Assembly: GCA_963664395.2 (NCBI GenBank)
Contig: OY761159.2
Location: forward strand, 3,424,001-3,488,000
Direction: 5' to 3'
From: Candidatus Binatia bacterium
Lineage (GTDB): Bacteria; Desulfobacterota; Binatia; Bin18
DNA length: 64,000 nucleotides
The translations under genes were made by a program, and so were the position numbers. This document shows, in pieces, positions 7,262 to 16,535 of this stretch. The notes below the pieces were generated by a model that was not told the DNA's origin, searched no databases, and worked only from the letters and a program-made list of their open reading frames with translations. The first letter of the stretch is position 1. Each line of letters starts with the position of its first letter.

Positions 7262-9646
7262 TCAAGCGGCTGCCGCGGTTTTTGCCCGCTCAATCGCCGT
7301 CAGTACCCGCTCCGGGGTGAGCGGAATGCTAGTAACCTGTAAGCCCAATGGAGACAGCGCATCGGCGACTGCATTGGCGATCGCGGCTGGAGGCGCAATG
7401 GCACCGCCTTCACCCATTCCTTTAATTCCCCCCCTGCTGAAAGGCGAGGGCGTTTCAATGTGGCCGATCTCAACACGGGGAATATCCATGGCTGTGGGCA
7501 CGAGATAATCCATCAGCGTGCCGGTTAAGAACTGTCCGTTCTCATCATAGATGGCATGTTCATACATGGCCGTGCCGATACCCTGGGCGACACCGCCCTG
7601 AATTTGTCCGTCAACAATGATGGGGTTAATAATCCTGCCGCAGTCCTCAACAACGATATAGCGCAGCAGGCTGATCTGCCCGGTTTCAACATCCACCTCG
7701 ACCGTTGCCAGGTGAGTCGCATTGGAATGCGTTGCCGGCGGGGGTTCATAATTTGACGTTGCCTCCAGGCCGGGTTCGTCTTCCGGTGCTAAATTGCTTG
7801 ACGCGACTATGGCGTGATAGGCGATCGTCTTAATCGGCATGAGCGTGCTCCCGTCCAGTTTGCGTGTCACCATGCCGTTGGCCAATGCGAGATCATCCGG
7901 CGGAATTTCACTGAGGCGTGAGGCCGTGCGCAAAATCTTTTCGCGGATTTTTGTGGCGGCTCCAATAATCGCGCCACCGCTGGTCACTGCGGTGCGGCTC
8001 CCCCAGGTTCCCCAGCCATACGGCACAATGGTTGTGTCGTTCTGGATAACTCTTACATCCTCAAAGGCCACGCCTAATTCGTCGGCGGCCACTTGGGCAA
8101 GCGTCGTCTGATGGCCTTGTCCATGTGACGACGAGCCGGCCAGGACCGTCACTTTGCCGGCAACATCCATACGGACAGTCGCCGATTCGTAGCCGCCCAG
8201 GGGGAGGCCCATGATATTCCAAAACGAAGAGCCCAGGGCGGTGCCTTCGATGTAACAACCCAGGCCCACACCAAGATAGCGACCGGCTTGCCGGGCGCGT
8301 TCCTGTTCAGCGCGGAAGTCCGCATAGCCCAACATGCCCAGCGCCTTGTGTAAGGATTCCTGGTGACTGCCGCTTTCGATCTCTGCCCCGGTAATGGTGG
8401 TATAGGGGTGCTCGTCCTGGCGGATCATATTCCGCAGGCGGATCTCTACCGGATCAAGACCGAGCTGCTGCGCGCCAAGATTCAGCAGACGCTCCATGAC
8501 CAGGATGGCAATCGGCAGGCCCACGCCGCGGTAAGCGCCCAGTGTGACTTTATTGGTGACTATGGACACCGCTTCGTAGCGATAGGCGGGAATCTTATAC
8601 GGACCGGGCAGGGCGGATGCTGCGTGCCCGGCTTCAAGCGCAGAGCTGAACGGAAAGGCCGAATACGCGCCAACGTCGTTCAGAAAGCGGGCTTTGAGTC
8701 CGAGGATCGTTCCGTCGTTTTTCAGGGCGATCTCGGCCTGAACGATTTGATGCTTGGCGTGCATTGCCGCGACCATATTTTCACGTCTATCCTCAATCCA
8801 CTTGATCGGACAGCCAAAACGACGGGCGAAGAAGGCAATCAGGATTTCCTCGGGAAACACATGCGCCTTGGGTCCAAAGCCGCCGCCCACGTCCGGGGCG
8901 ATGGTGCGGATATGGTGTTCGGGAAAGTCTAAAAAGAGGGCGATATTTGAACGTAACACGTGCGGAATCTGGGTCGAAGACCAAACCGTGAGTGAGTCGG
9001 TGGAGGACTCATAGGCGGCCAGACAGCCGCGCGTTTCCATGGGCAGAGACATGTGGCGGCCCGTTGTAAAACGCTCAGTCACAACACAGTCAGCCGCCTG
9101 AAACGCGGCATCGACCTCGCCCATGCTGGCTTCCAGGGTCTGCATGACGTTGTCGCCCCAGTCTTCATGTGCCAGGGGGGCGTCCGGCTCCAGCGCCTGT
9201 TCCATGTCCCAGAGGACGTCGAGCGGGTCGTACTCTACGTCGACCAGCGCGGCTGCATCCTCGGCCACATAGCGATCTGTGGCAATAACGGCCACAACCA
9301 TCTCACCCACAAACCGGACTTTTCCTCGGGCCAGGACGGGCCAATCGCAGGACTTGTGAGTGGGCGCGGCTATGGGATCAAATTCAACTCGTAGCGGTTT
9401 TATAACGTCGGCGACATCCTCGCCCGTTATCACCGCATGGACGCCGGGGTGGGCTGCCGCCGCATGCGTATCAATGCTGAGGAGACGCGCGTGGGCATAC
9501 GGACTGCGGACAAAGGCGACCGCCAGTGTATCGGGCAGATGGATATCGTCCACATACTGACTTTTGCCCAGGAGCATACGCGGGTCTTCAACCCGCTTGA
9601 CCTCGGCTCCGACCATCTTTCCCGTGCCAGCAAGACTGGTTGCCAT
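7262..9646 (-). CDS. xanthine dehydrogenase/CoxL-family molybdopterin-binding subunit
   Basis: VKRVEDPR, GGGFGPK, AYRGVG loop, SHGQGHQT, GTWGSR, GQIQGGVAQGIG, KGMGEGG. Confidence 0.92.
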   Translation of the reverse strand: MATSLAGTGKMVGAEVKRVEDPRMLLGKSQYVDDIHLPDTLAVAFVRSPYAHARLLSIDTHAAAAHPGVHAVITGEDVADVIKPLRVEFDPIAAPTHKSCDWPVLARGKVRFVGEMVVAVIATDRYVAEDAAALVDVEYDPLDVLWDMEQALEPDAPLAHEDWGDNVMQTLEASMGEVDAAFQAADCVVTERFTTGRHMSLPMETRGCLAAYESSTDSLTVWSSTQIPHVLRSNIALFLDFPEHHIRTIAPDVGGGFGPKAHVFPEEILIAFFARRFGCPIKWIEDRRENMVAAMHAKHQIVQAEIALKNDGTILGLKARFLNDVGAYSAFPFSSALEAGHAASALPGPYKIPAYRYEAVSIVTNKVTLGAYRGVGLPIAILVMERLLNLGAQQLGLDPVEIRLRNMIRQDEHPYTTITGAEIESGSHQESLHKALGMLGYADFRAEQERARQAGRYLGVGLGCYIEGTALGSSFWNIMGLPLGGYESATVRMDVAGKVTVLAGSSSHGQGHQTTLAQVAADELGVAFEDVRVIQNDTTIVPYGWGTWGSRTAVTSGGAIIGAATKIREKILRTASRLSEIPPDDLALANGMVTRKLDGSTLMPIKTIAYHAIVASSNLAPEDEPGLEATSNYEPPPATHSNATHLATVEVDVETGQISLLRYIVVEDCGRIINPIIVDGQIQGGVAQGIGTAMYEHAIYDENGQFLTGTLMDYLVPTAMDIPRVEIGHIETPSPFSRGGIKGMGEGGAIAPPAAIANAVADALSPLGLQVTSIPLTPERVLTAIERAKTAAAA

Positions 9647-9757
9647 AGTGTGTTCCTTCATCATTCCCCTCTTCCTGTTGGAGAGAGGACCAGGGCGAGG
9701 GGGGAATCTCTACGACGTGAGTCTGGCAGTGTGGTAAAAGGGTGTCAAGACTTTTGC

Positions 9758-9839
9758 TTGACAGTTCACAAGAGAACGGTATACGCCACATTAAAAGGAA
9801 GCTGTCCACATATGACACTGTCTTCACAAGAGAACGGTA
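9758..9839 (+). promoter_or_regulatory. candidate sigma70 promoter with 17-bp direct repeat
   Basis: TTGACA (9758-9763) and TATACG (9780-9785). TTCACAAGAGAACGGTA occurs at 9765-9781 and 9823-9839. Confidence 0.45.
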
Positions 9840-10978
9840 CGAAAGGGAGAGGATCGCAGTTCGCGTCTCGTATGACCCGGACTCAAGCGCCTTTGCACCA
9901 AGCCCGACATCTCCCGGGTGACTTTTACACCTCGCACGAGACCTATGAATTAGAAAAGGAACGCATCTTCCAAAAAGATTGGCTCTGCGTCGGCCGAGTG
10001 GAGGAGTTTGAAAAGCCGGGTGACTACCTCACCCTGTGTATTGCGGATGAGCCGATTGTGGTCGTCCGCGATGAAGAGAGCCAACTCAGGGCCTTTTATA
10101 ACGTCTGTCGTCATCGTGGGACTGAGGTGGCGGCTGGTCAGGGCAATACCAAGCGGTTTGCGTGTCCGTATCATGGCTGGACGTATGACCTGTGCGGGCG
10201 GCTCCGAGGCGCGGCCTATACACAAGAGATCGAGAATTTCGACATGCGGCAGTACAGCCTGGTGCCACTTAAGCTTGACACCTGGGGCGGGTTTATTTTT
10301 ATCAATTTCAATCCGGATAGTGAAAGTCTGCTGGAATTCTTAGGCGACTTTCCTGAGATCTTTGGGCCATACCAACCCGAAGATCTACGTTTAGCCATTA
10401 AGTTCGTCATCGAATATGATTGTAACTGGAAAGCCACGGCTGAAAATCTGGTTGATATTTATCATCTGGCAACGCTGCATGCTTCTTCGTTCGGTCCGCA
10501 CCAGCCGCTTGAGTCGTACGAATTTCAGCTCAAACCGTGGGGCTATTGCGGTCGCTTTATAGGTGTGAGTCCTATGACGCCCGATGGCCGGCCCCGCTTT
10601 GATTTTATGCCCTGGCTGTCGGGCGAACATCTTGAGAAGGGCTATTCCAGCCACCTCCAGCCTAACATGGGCTTTTATGCCAGGCAGGATAATATTCACT
10701 ATATTACCGGATGGCCGATTGGCGCAAATCGTAGCATGGCTCTCGTCCATATGCTCTTCCCTAAGCAGTGTTTTAGTCTGCCGGATTTTAAGGAACGCGT
10801 CAAAGTCTATGAGGACTTTTTGCACCTTGCTCTGGAGGAAGACATGAGCATGGTGCAGTCTTTACAACGCGGCTTTCGGTCCCGAGCCTATCAGCCAGGG
10901 CCGATGTCGAAGTACGAGATCGCCGTGCATCATGTGATGAATTATTATCTGGACAAAGTTTTTGGGGAGCAACAATAA
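9812..10978 (+). CDS. Rieske non-heme iron oxygenase alpha subunit
   Basis: CRHRG...CPYHGW Rieske motif; ENLVDIYHLATLH and EED mononuclear Fe ligands. Start moved to ATG 9812 (AAGGA RBS). Confidence 0.9.
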   Translation: MTLSSQENGTKGRGSQFASRMTRTQAPLHQARHLPGDFYTSHETYELEKERIFQKDWLCVGRVEEFEKPGDYLTLCIADEPIVVVRDEESQLRAFYNVCRHRGTEVAAGQGNTKRFACPYHGWTYDLCGRLRGAAYTQEIENFDMRQYSLVPLKLDTWGGFIFINFNPDSESLLEFLGDFPEIFGPYQPEDLRLAIKFVIEYDCNWKATAENLVDIYHLATLHASSFGPHQPLESYEFQLKPWGYCGRFIGVSPMTPDGRPRFDFMPWLSGEHLEKGYSSHLQPNMGFYARQDNIHYITGWPIGANRSMALVHMLFPKQCFSLPDFKERVKVYEDFLHLALEEDMSMVQSLQRGFRSRAYQPGPMSKYEIAVHHVMNYYLDKVFGEQQ

Positions 10979-11004
10979 CTGGCCCGCAGACAAGGAGCAA
11001 TGTC

Positions 11005-12057
11005 ATGGCACTATCAATCAGCCAGACCAATGCGATGGTGAACCTGTTTCGGCAGGAGCTTGAACTGTGCAAAGTAAAGCCAGGGGAGACCATTGCGGTT
11101 TTGTCGGAGGCGGAACAAGCGGTTGAGTATGCGTCGGCGTTTATGATTTCGGCGCGCGAGTTGGGGGTTGATGTGTTCAACGTCAACCTGCCGGCGCGTG
11201 GCGCGGGCGGGTCACAGAACGTGGCCGGCGAGGTGGGCCAAAATGCCCTGGCCGGGAACCGGCCGGCCATTGAGGCCCTCAAAAGCGCGGACCTGATCGT
11301 GGACCTCATCTTTCTGCTGTTTTCAAAAGAGCAACTGGAGATTCAGGCCGCGGACACCCGCATCCTGCTGGTGGTGGAACCCTTTGAGGTCTTGTCGCGT
11401 CTCTTTCCAACCCAAGCACTGCGCGATCGTGTGGAAGCCGCTGAGGCGCGTTTGGCCAAGGCCCAAAACCTGCGCTTTACCAACCCGGCCGGAACGGATG
11501 TGCGCTACGAGCTGGGGCAATTCCCGATTCTGACCGAATACGGTTTTACGGACACCCCCGGTCGCTGGGATCATTGGCCGGGTGGCTTTCTGGCGACCCA
11601 GGGCAGCGAAACCGGGGTCAACGGTACGGTCGTCATGGACCGTGGCGATATTCTGTTTCCGTTTAATAAATACGTCCAGGAGCCGGTCACGTTCACCATT
11701 CGGGACGGCATGATCGTCGATATCCGCGGTGGCTTTGATGCCATGTTGGTGAAGAATTATATGGACGGTTTTCACGATCCCAGGGCGTTTGCCATCTCGC
11801 ACATCGGCTGGGGCCTGAACGATCTCGCGCGCTGGGATTATCTCGCCACCGGCGCGCCCACGGTCGGCATGGACGGACGGGCCTTTTACGGCAACGTCCT
11901 GTTCTCTACCGGTCCCAACATCGAGCTCGGCGGGAGCAACGACACGGCCTGCCATATGGACCTGCCCATGAAAGGCTGTACGCTGTATCTTGATGATGAA
12001 CTCATTGTGCAAGACGGCGACGTGATCCCCACCGAGATGCGGGCCGTAGCCGGATAA
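11005..12057 (+). CDS. nicX: 2,5-dihydroxypyridine 5,6-dioxygenase-like protein (NicX family, M29-like fold)
   Basis: TEYGFTDTPGRWDHWPGGF, ISHIGWG, MDGRAFYGNVLFSTGPN and CHMDLP closely follow NicX motifs as recalled. Confidence 0.8.
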   Translation: MALSISQTNAMVNLFRQELELCKVKPGETIAVLSEAEQAVEYASAFMISARELGVDVFNVNLPARGAGGSQNVAGEVGQNALAGNRPAIEALKSADLIVDLIFLLFSKEQLEIQAADTRILLVVEPFEVLSRLFPTQALRDRVEAAEARLAKAQNLRFTNPAGTDVRYELGQFPILTEYGFTDTPGRWDHWPGGFLATQGSETGVNGTVVMDRGDILFPFNKYVQEPVTFTIRDGMIVDIRGGFDAMLVKNYMDGFHDPRAFAISHIGWGLNDLARWDYLATGAPTVGMDGRAFYGNVLFSTGPNIELGGSNDTACHMDLPMKGCTLYLDDELIVQDGDVIPTEMRAVAG

Positions 12058-12083
12058 GAAGGAGCCAGTAAGGAGACAGTTGC

Positions 12084-13262
12084 ATGCAAACCGTAGTTGC
12101 TGACAAACGCTGGGCGGAAAAATACCCGGACATCGGTACCGGCCCGGTTGCGGCCGAGCCGTTGATTTCACAGGAGCATTTTGAACTGGAGCGGGAGAAA
12201 ATTTTTCGGCGCACCTGGCTGAATATCGGACGGGTCGAGGAGATTCCAAACCCCGGCGATTATATTGCCAAAGACCTGACTGTGTGTCGCGCCTCGGTCA
12301 TAATCATTCGAGGCAAAGACGGAGCGGTCCGCGGCTTTCACAATGTGTGCTCGCACCGCGGCAACAAGCTCGTCTGGGACGACAAGGGTACGTGTAAAGG
12401 CACGCTCACCTGCGGCTTTCATGCCTGGTCATATAACACCAAAGGCAAACTGACCTGGGTGCCGGATGAGGAGAACTTTTTCGATCTGCCCAAGTGTGAC
12501 CTGGGCCTGACCCCCATCCACACCGAGGTGTTCGAAGGCTTTATCTTTATTCATCTGGCCGAGCGTCCGCCCGAGAGCCTCCGGGAATATCTGGGCGGGG
12601 TGGCCGACCAGCTTGAGGGCGGTGGCTTTAGCCAACTGGCGCTGACCGGACGCTATAAAGTAGACGAGCACGCCAACTGGAAAATCGCCCTTGACGCCCA
12701 GAACGAGCTGTATCATCTGCCATTTCAGCACCGCCGGACCATTCCCGAGTTCTGCGTGTTGAAAGATGGGAAATATACGCGTCTGCTCGACGTGCGTCTG
12801 TTCAACCATCACAGCGTGTATTCGTCAGAATCGCACGAGGGTCGCGTCGGTCCGGCCACCGAAGGGCTGGCCGCCCAGTTCAGCCTTGCCGAGACCGAAT
12901 ATCGCCTGCCCCGTATCGGCCCCTTTGATTTTTATACGATCTTTCCCAATATGGCGCTGCTGCTCTTTCGCGGCGTCTCGCACGACTTCTATATGACGTA
13001 TAATTTCTGGCCACAGGCGGTCGATCGGACCGATTGGGATATCCGGCTCTATTTTCGTCCGGCTGAAAATGCCGGGCAGCGCGTCGGCCAGGAGTACTTC
13101 AAATGCCTGCTCCGGGATATTCTGCAAGAGGATGCCACCGCCCACGAACAGATTCATATCGGGCTGGCCTCGCGGGCCAAGAAAAAGCTGTATTTTCAGG
13201 ACGAAGAAATGCAGATTCGGTATTTCCACACCGTACTGGAGCGCTTTTACGCCGAGGCATAA
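12084..13262 (+). CDS. Rieske non-heme iron oxygenase alpha subunit
   Basis: CSHRG...CGFHAW; ELYHLPFQH; QED. Confidence 0.9.
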   Translation: MQTVVADKRWAEKYPDIGTGPVAAEPLISQEHFELEREKIFRRTWLNIGRVEEIPNPGDYIAKDLTVCRASVIIIRGKDGAVRGFHNVCSHRGNKLVWDDKGTCKGTLTCGFHAWSYNTKGKLTWVPDEENFFDLPKCDLGLTPIHTEVFEGFIFIHLAERPPESLREYLGGVADQLEGGGFSQLALTGRYKVDEHANWKIALDAQNELYHLPFQHRRTIPEFCVLKDGKYTRLLDVRLFNHHSVYSSESHEGRVGPATEGLAAQFSLAETEYRLPRIGPFDFYTIFPNMALLLFRGVSHDFYMTYNFWPQAVDRTDWDIRLYFRPAENAGQRVGQEYFKCLLRDILQEDATAHEQIHIGLASRAKKKLYFQDEEMQIRYFHTVLERFYAEA

Positions 13263-13265
13263 ACC

Positions 13266-13595
13266 GTGAGAGCGCATACACTACCCGCTGAGTTTTCTGA
13301 TCTTGAGTCCTTTGTGAGCTGGGCGCTTGCTACCGAACACGCGCGGACTAGCAAGCGACTGGCCAGCAGCATGGAGGAGATCCAGGCCTTCTATGACCGC
13401 ATGTCTGCGCGTGTGGAAGCCGTGACGGCCTATCTGAACGCCTTGCCGCTCGACGCTCTGCCGCCTGAGGCTGAGCGGCTGTTTCAGATGAGTCTGTCGT
13501 TAATGGAAGTAGCCAACGCCGTAGAAATGTTTCAAAACCCGGCCGTGATTAACGGCTTTGATATCAAACGCTTTGTGCCAGTGGAGGATGTATGA
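13266..13595 (+). CDS. conserved hypothetical protein of the type found beside Rieske oxygenases
   Basis: LPAEFSDLE..WAL.TE..R..KRL.SSMEEIQAFYD; translationally coupled within the operon. Confidence 0.75.
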   Translation: MRAHTLPAEFSDLESFVSWALATEHARTSKRLASSMEEIQAFYDRMSARVEAVTAYLNALPLDALPPEAERLFQMSLSLMEVANAVEMFQNPAVINGFDIKRFVPVEDV

Positions 13596-14059
13596 AATCC
13601 GATTGCCCGATTCAGTTTCACGGTATCGATCATGTCGTGCTGCAAGTCACGGATGTCGAAAAAACCCTGCATTTCTACACCACGGTCCTGGGCCTGAGCG
13701 TCGAGCGGGTCATCGAGGATATGGGGTTGTATCAGGTGCGGTGCGGCCGCAATCTGATTGACCTGCGGGTCCTGCCGGAAGGCAGCACGCTGGCGGAAAA
13801 AGACCAGCGCGGGGTCGATCATGTCTGCCTGCATATGCACGGCGATTTTGACGCCATTGTCCAGTATCTGAAGGACAACGCCGTGCCGATTACCTTCGGA
13901 CCCGTCGAGCTGTACGGCGCAACCGGCTATGGCACCTCGGTGTATATCACCGACCCGAACGGCCATACCCTTGAACTGAAGGCGGACTATTCCCAATACC
14001 CGCTCAAGACGACCGTCAAAGGCGCTATGGCCGGGGTGTCACGACCGGCCGCCAACTAG
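13592..14059 (+). CDS. VOC/glyoxalase family protein
   Basis: GIDHVVLQVTDVEK..FY..VLG, DHVCL, YITDPNGHTLEL. Confidence 0.88.
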   Translation: MKSDCPIQFHGIDHVVLQVTDVEKTLHFYTTVLGLSVERVIEDMGLYQVRCGRNLIDLRVLPEGSTLAEKDQRGVDHVCLHMHGDFDAIVQYLKDNAVPITFGPVELYGATGYGTSVYITDPNGHTLELKADYSQYPLKTTVKGAMAGVSRPAAN

Positions 14060-14104
14060 AGCCTCGGGCCAGGTTTAGCGCGTTCTCCGAGGAGGGCCGG
14101 CTGC

Positions 14105-15160
14105 ATGTTGCAATCCAATCCTGCTTTGACATCGTTGTTTGCTCAGGAGTTTGCCTGGTGCCAGGTGCAGTCCGGCCAGACGGCGGCGATCCTGACCGAA
14201 CCGGACTCCTCCGCGCAGTATCTGGCGACGAGCCTGGCGAGTCTGAGCGCCTGCGGGGCGCGGCCGTTTCAGCTCATGCTGCCCATTGACCCGACGCAGC
14301 AAAACGACACCGCGGTGAACCGCGGCAATGCCTGCTCCACGCTGCTGCACGGATTTCCCGAGGTGGTTGAGATGCTGAAGCAGGTTGACTTCATCGTTGA
14401 CCTCTCGGTCGAAGGGCTGATCCACTCCGAGGAACGCGGTGAAATTCTCAAACATGGCCCGCGTATGCTGTACATCCGAGAACCCGCGGACGCTCTCGCC
14501 CGTCTGCTGCCCACCGCTGAACGAGCACAGCGCATCGACCGCGCAGTCGAACTCGCCAAAGCCGCAAAAACGATGACGGTGACCTCGCCGGCGGGCACGG
14601 ATTTGCGCGTGGATCTGGCGGGCAGTCTGGTGACGGGCTCGCGCGGGTTTTGTGCCGAGCCGGGCAGCTGGGCCAACTGGGGTCAGGGGCTGATCGCTGT
14701 CTTTCCGGCCTCACTGGATGTGAACGGGCTGGCGGTGCTGGCCCCCGGCGATATTGTTTTCCCCTTTTATAAATACGTCGAAAGTCCAGTGCATTTGTAC
14801 TTCAGCGACGGGTTCGTGACCGGGGTTGAAGGCGGTGGCGTCGATGCGGCCCTGATCCGTGATTACATGGGCCGCTGGGAAGACCAGGCCGCCCGCGGTA
14901 TTTCCCACGTTGGCTGGGGAATGCACGAGAAAGCGTTGTGGCACGCCCTCAGCCTGTACAGCAAGGATGAAGCGATCGGCGTTGATGGCCGCGCGTTTGC
15001 GGGCAACTTCCTCTTGTCCACGGGGCCGAACCCGGCGGCCGGCCGGCATACGTTATGCCATTTTGATATCCCGATGCGCAACTGTAGCGTGTTTCTTGAT
15101 GCGCAACCGATTGTGGAAAACGGCACCATCGTCGAGCCCGCGCTGAGGCCGACCGCCTGA
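14105..15160 (+). CDS. second NicX-like dioxygenase paralog
   Basis: GISHVGWG, VDGRAFAGNFLLSTGPN, CHFDIPMRNC; paralogous to 11005..12057. Confidence 0.78.
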   Translation: MLQSNPALTSLFAQEFAWCQVQSGQTAAILTEPDSSAQYLATSLASLSACGARPFQLMLPIDPTQQNDTAVNRGNACSTLLHGFPEVVEMLKQVDFIVDLSVEGLIHSEERGEILKHGPRMLYIREPADALARLLPTAERAQRIDRAVELAKAAKTMTVTSPAGTDLRVDLAGSLVTGSRGFCAEPGSWANWGQGLIAVFPASLDVNGLAVLAPGDIVFPFYKYVESPVHLYFSDGFVTGVEGGGVDAALIRDYMGRWEDQAARGISHVGWGMHEKALWHALSLYSKDEAIGVDGRAFAGNFLLSTGPNPAAGRHTLCHFDIPMRNCSVFLDAQPIVENGTIVEPALRPTA

Positions 15161-15190
15161 GAGCGACTGGGCCGACAGGAGGGGAAGAGC

Positions 15191-16231
15191 ATGGACTTCT
15201 CGTTTTTTATCATCAACCAGACGCCCGAAGGTTCTTCCATGAAACAGGTATACGACGAGTGCCTGGAGCAGATCGAATGGGGCGACCGGCTCGGCTACGA
15301 CACCGTCTTTTTAGCCGAGCATGCCTTTTATCACCACGGCAAACCCTCGCCGCACGTGCTGCTGGGCAATATCGCGGCGCGGACCAAACGCATTCGCCTG
15401 GGCACGGCGGTCAGCGTCTTGCCGTGGCACAATCCGCTTGAAGTAGCCCAGGATTACGCCACCGTCGATCTGCTGTCCGACGGACGGCTGGACTTTGGGG
15501 TGGGCCGCGGCTTGTTCAAAGGCGAGTTCGACGGCTACGGCATCCCCTGGGGAGAGGCAGAGGAGCGCTTTAACGAGAGTCTGGATATTATTCTCAAAGC
15601 CTGGACCGGCGAGCCCTTTTCGTATGAGGGCCAGTTTTTCAGCATACCGGAAGTGACGGTGATGCCCAAACCGCTCCAGGAACCGCACCCGCCCTTGTGG
15701 CAGCCCTGCCTGAGTCCATCGACCATGGAAAAAGCCTTGCGGCGGGGGATTACGCCCATTCTGGGAGCCTCACTCACCCCCTTGGCCGATCTCAAGCAGT
15801 TGTTTGGGCGGCTTGACGCCGCCATGAAAAAGACGGGTCGGACCGACCTGCCGCGGGTCGGCCACCCCTTCATCTACGTGAGCGATACGACCAAAAAAGC
15901 GCAGGAAGAAGCCCGCCGGGGCATGCAGTGGTTTCTGGACGACTTTGCCATGATGTTTACCCTGCCCGAGGGAGAGACCTGGCCGGAGACGTATAAGTTC
16001 TTCGAGCCGTGGGCCGAGTATATTCGCTCTTTGAGCTATGACAAAGTGATTGAGGAAGATCTGGTCTGGTTTGGCGATCCCGAAAATATCCGCAACAGAA
16101 TTCGTTGGCTCCGAGACGAGTGTAAAGTCTCACACGTGCTGTTGTTCATGCACTTTGGCGGCCTGGAGCATGAGAAGGTCATGAAGTCGATGGAACTGTT
16201 TGCGACCCAGGTCATGCCTGAGTTTCGATAG
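15191..16231 (+). CDS. LLM-class flavin-dependent oxidoreductase (luciferase-like)
   Basis: FLAEHAF, IAARTKRIRLGTAVSVLPWHNPL, LSDGRLDFGVGRG, SMELFATQVMPEF. Confidence 0.9.
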   Translation: MDFSFFIINQTPEGSSMKQVYDECLEQIEWGDRLGYDTVFLAEHAFYHHGKPSPHVLLGNIAARTKRIRLGTAVSVLPWHNPLEVAQDYATVDLLSDGRLDFGVGRGLFKGEFDGYGIPWGEAEERFNESLDIILKAWTGEPFSYEGQFFSIPEVTVMPKPLQEPHPPLWQPCLSPSTMEKALRRGITPILGASLTPLADLKQLFGRLDAAMKKTGRTDLPRVGHPFIYVSDTTKKAQEEARRGMQWFLDDFAMMFTLPEGETWPETYKFFEPWAEYIRSLSYDKVIEEDLVWFGDPENIRNRIRWLRDECKVSHVLLFMHFGGLEHEKVMKSMELFATQVMPEFR

Positions 16232-16249
16232 AAAGGGGGAAGGGAGGTA

Positions 16250-16440
16250 TCCCTATAAGAATATCCGTATCGAGTAAGAAAATCATAGATACTTATTCGC
16301 CAACGCACGATAGCGTTCGTCGTCCCGGTCCGCCGGACGAAACTTTCCACCCCACCGCTGTGAAAAAGATGGACCAGGGTTCGAGCTGAGTTCCCTCAGC
16401 GTTACTTCGATCACGCGAGACAATGAGACGCCCTGGGTCG
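16250..16440 (-). pseudogene. decayed VapBC-type toxin-antitoxin remnant
   Basis: Reads QGVSLSRVIEVTLRELSSNPGPSFSQRW / frameshift / GKFRPADRDDERYRALANKYL*, with an ATGA overlap into MIFLLDTDILIG (PIN N-terminus) that then loses PIN similarity. Confidence 0.65.
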
Positions 16441-16535
16441 GATGGGAAGAGTATAATCCACTATTTCAGTATACCTATTTGACACCTGTCGTTAGATTAA
16501 GTAATTCTTTGTTACTTTTTTCTACAAACGAAATT

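Noticed and set aside
7262-9646. Aerobic CO dehydrogenase large subunit (coxL)
   Set aside because: The active-site loop is AYRGVG, not the form I AYxCSFR, and there are no adjacent coxM/coxS genes.
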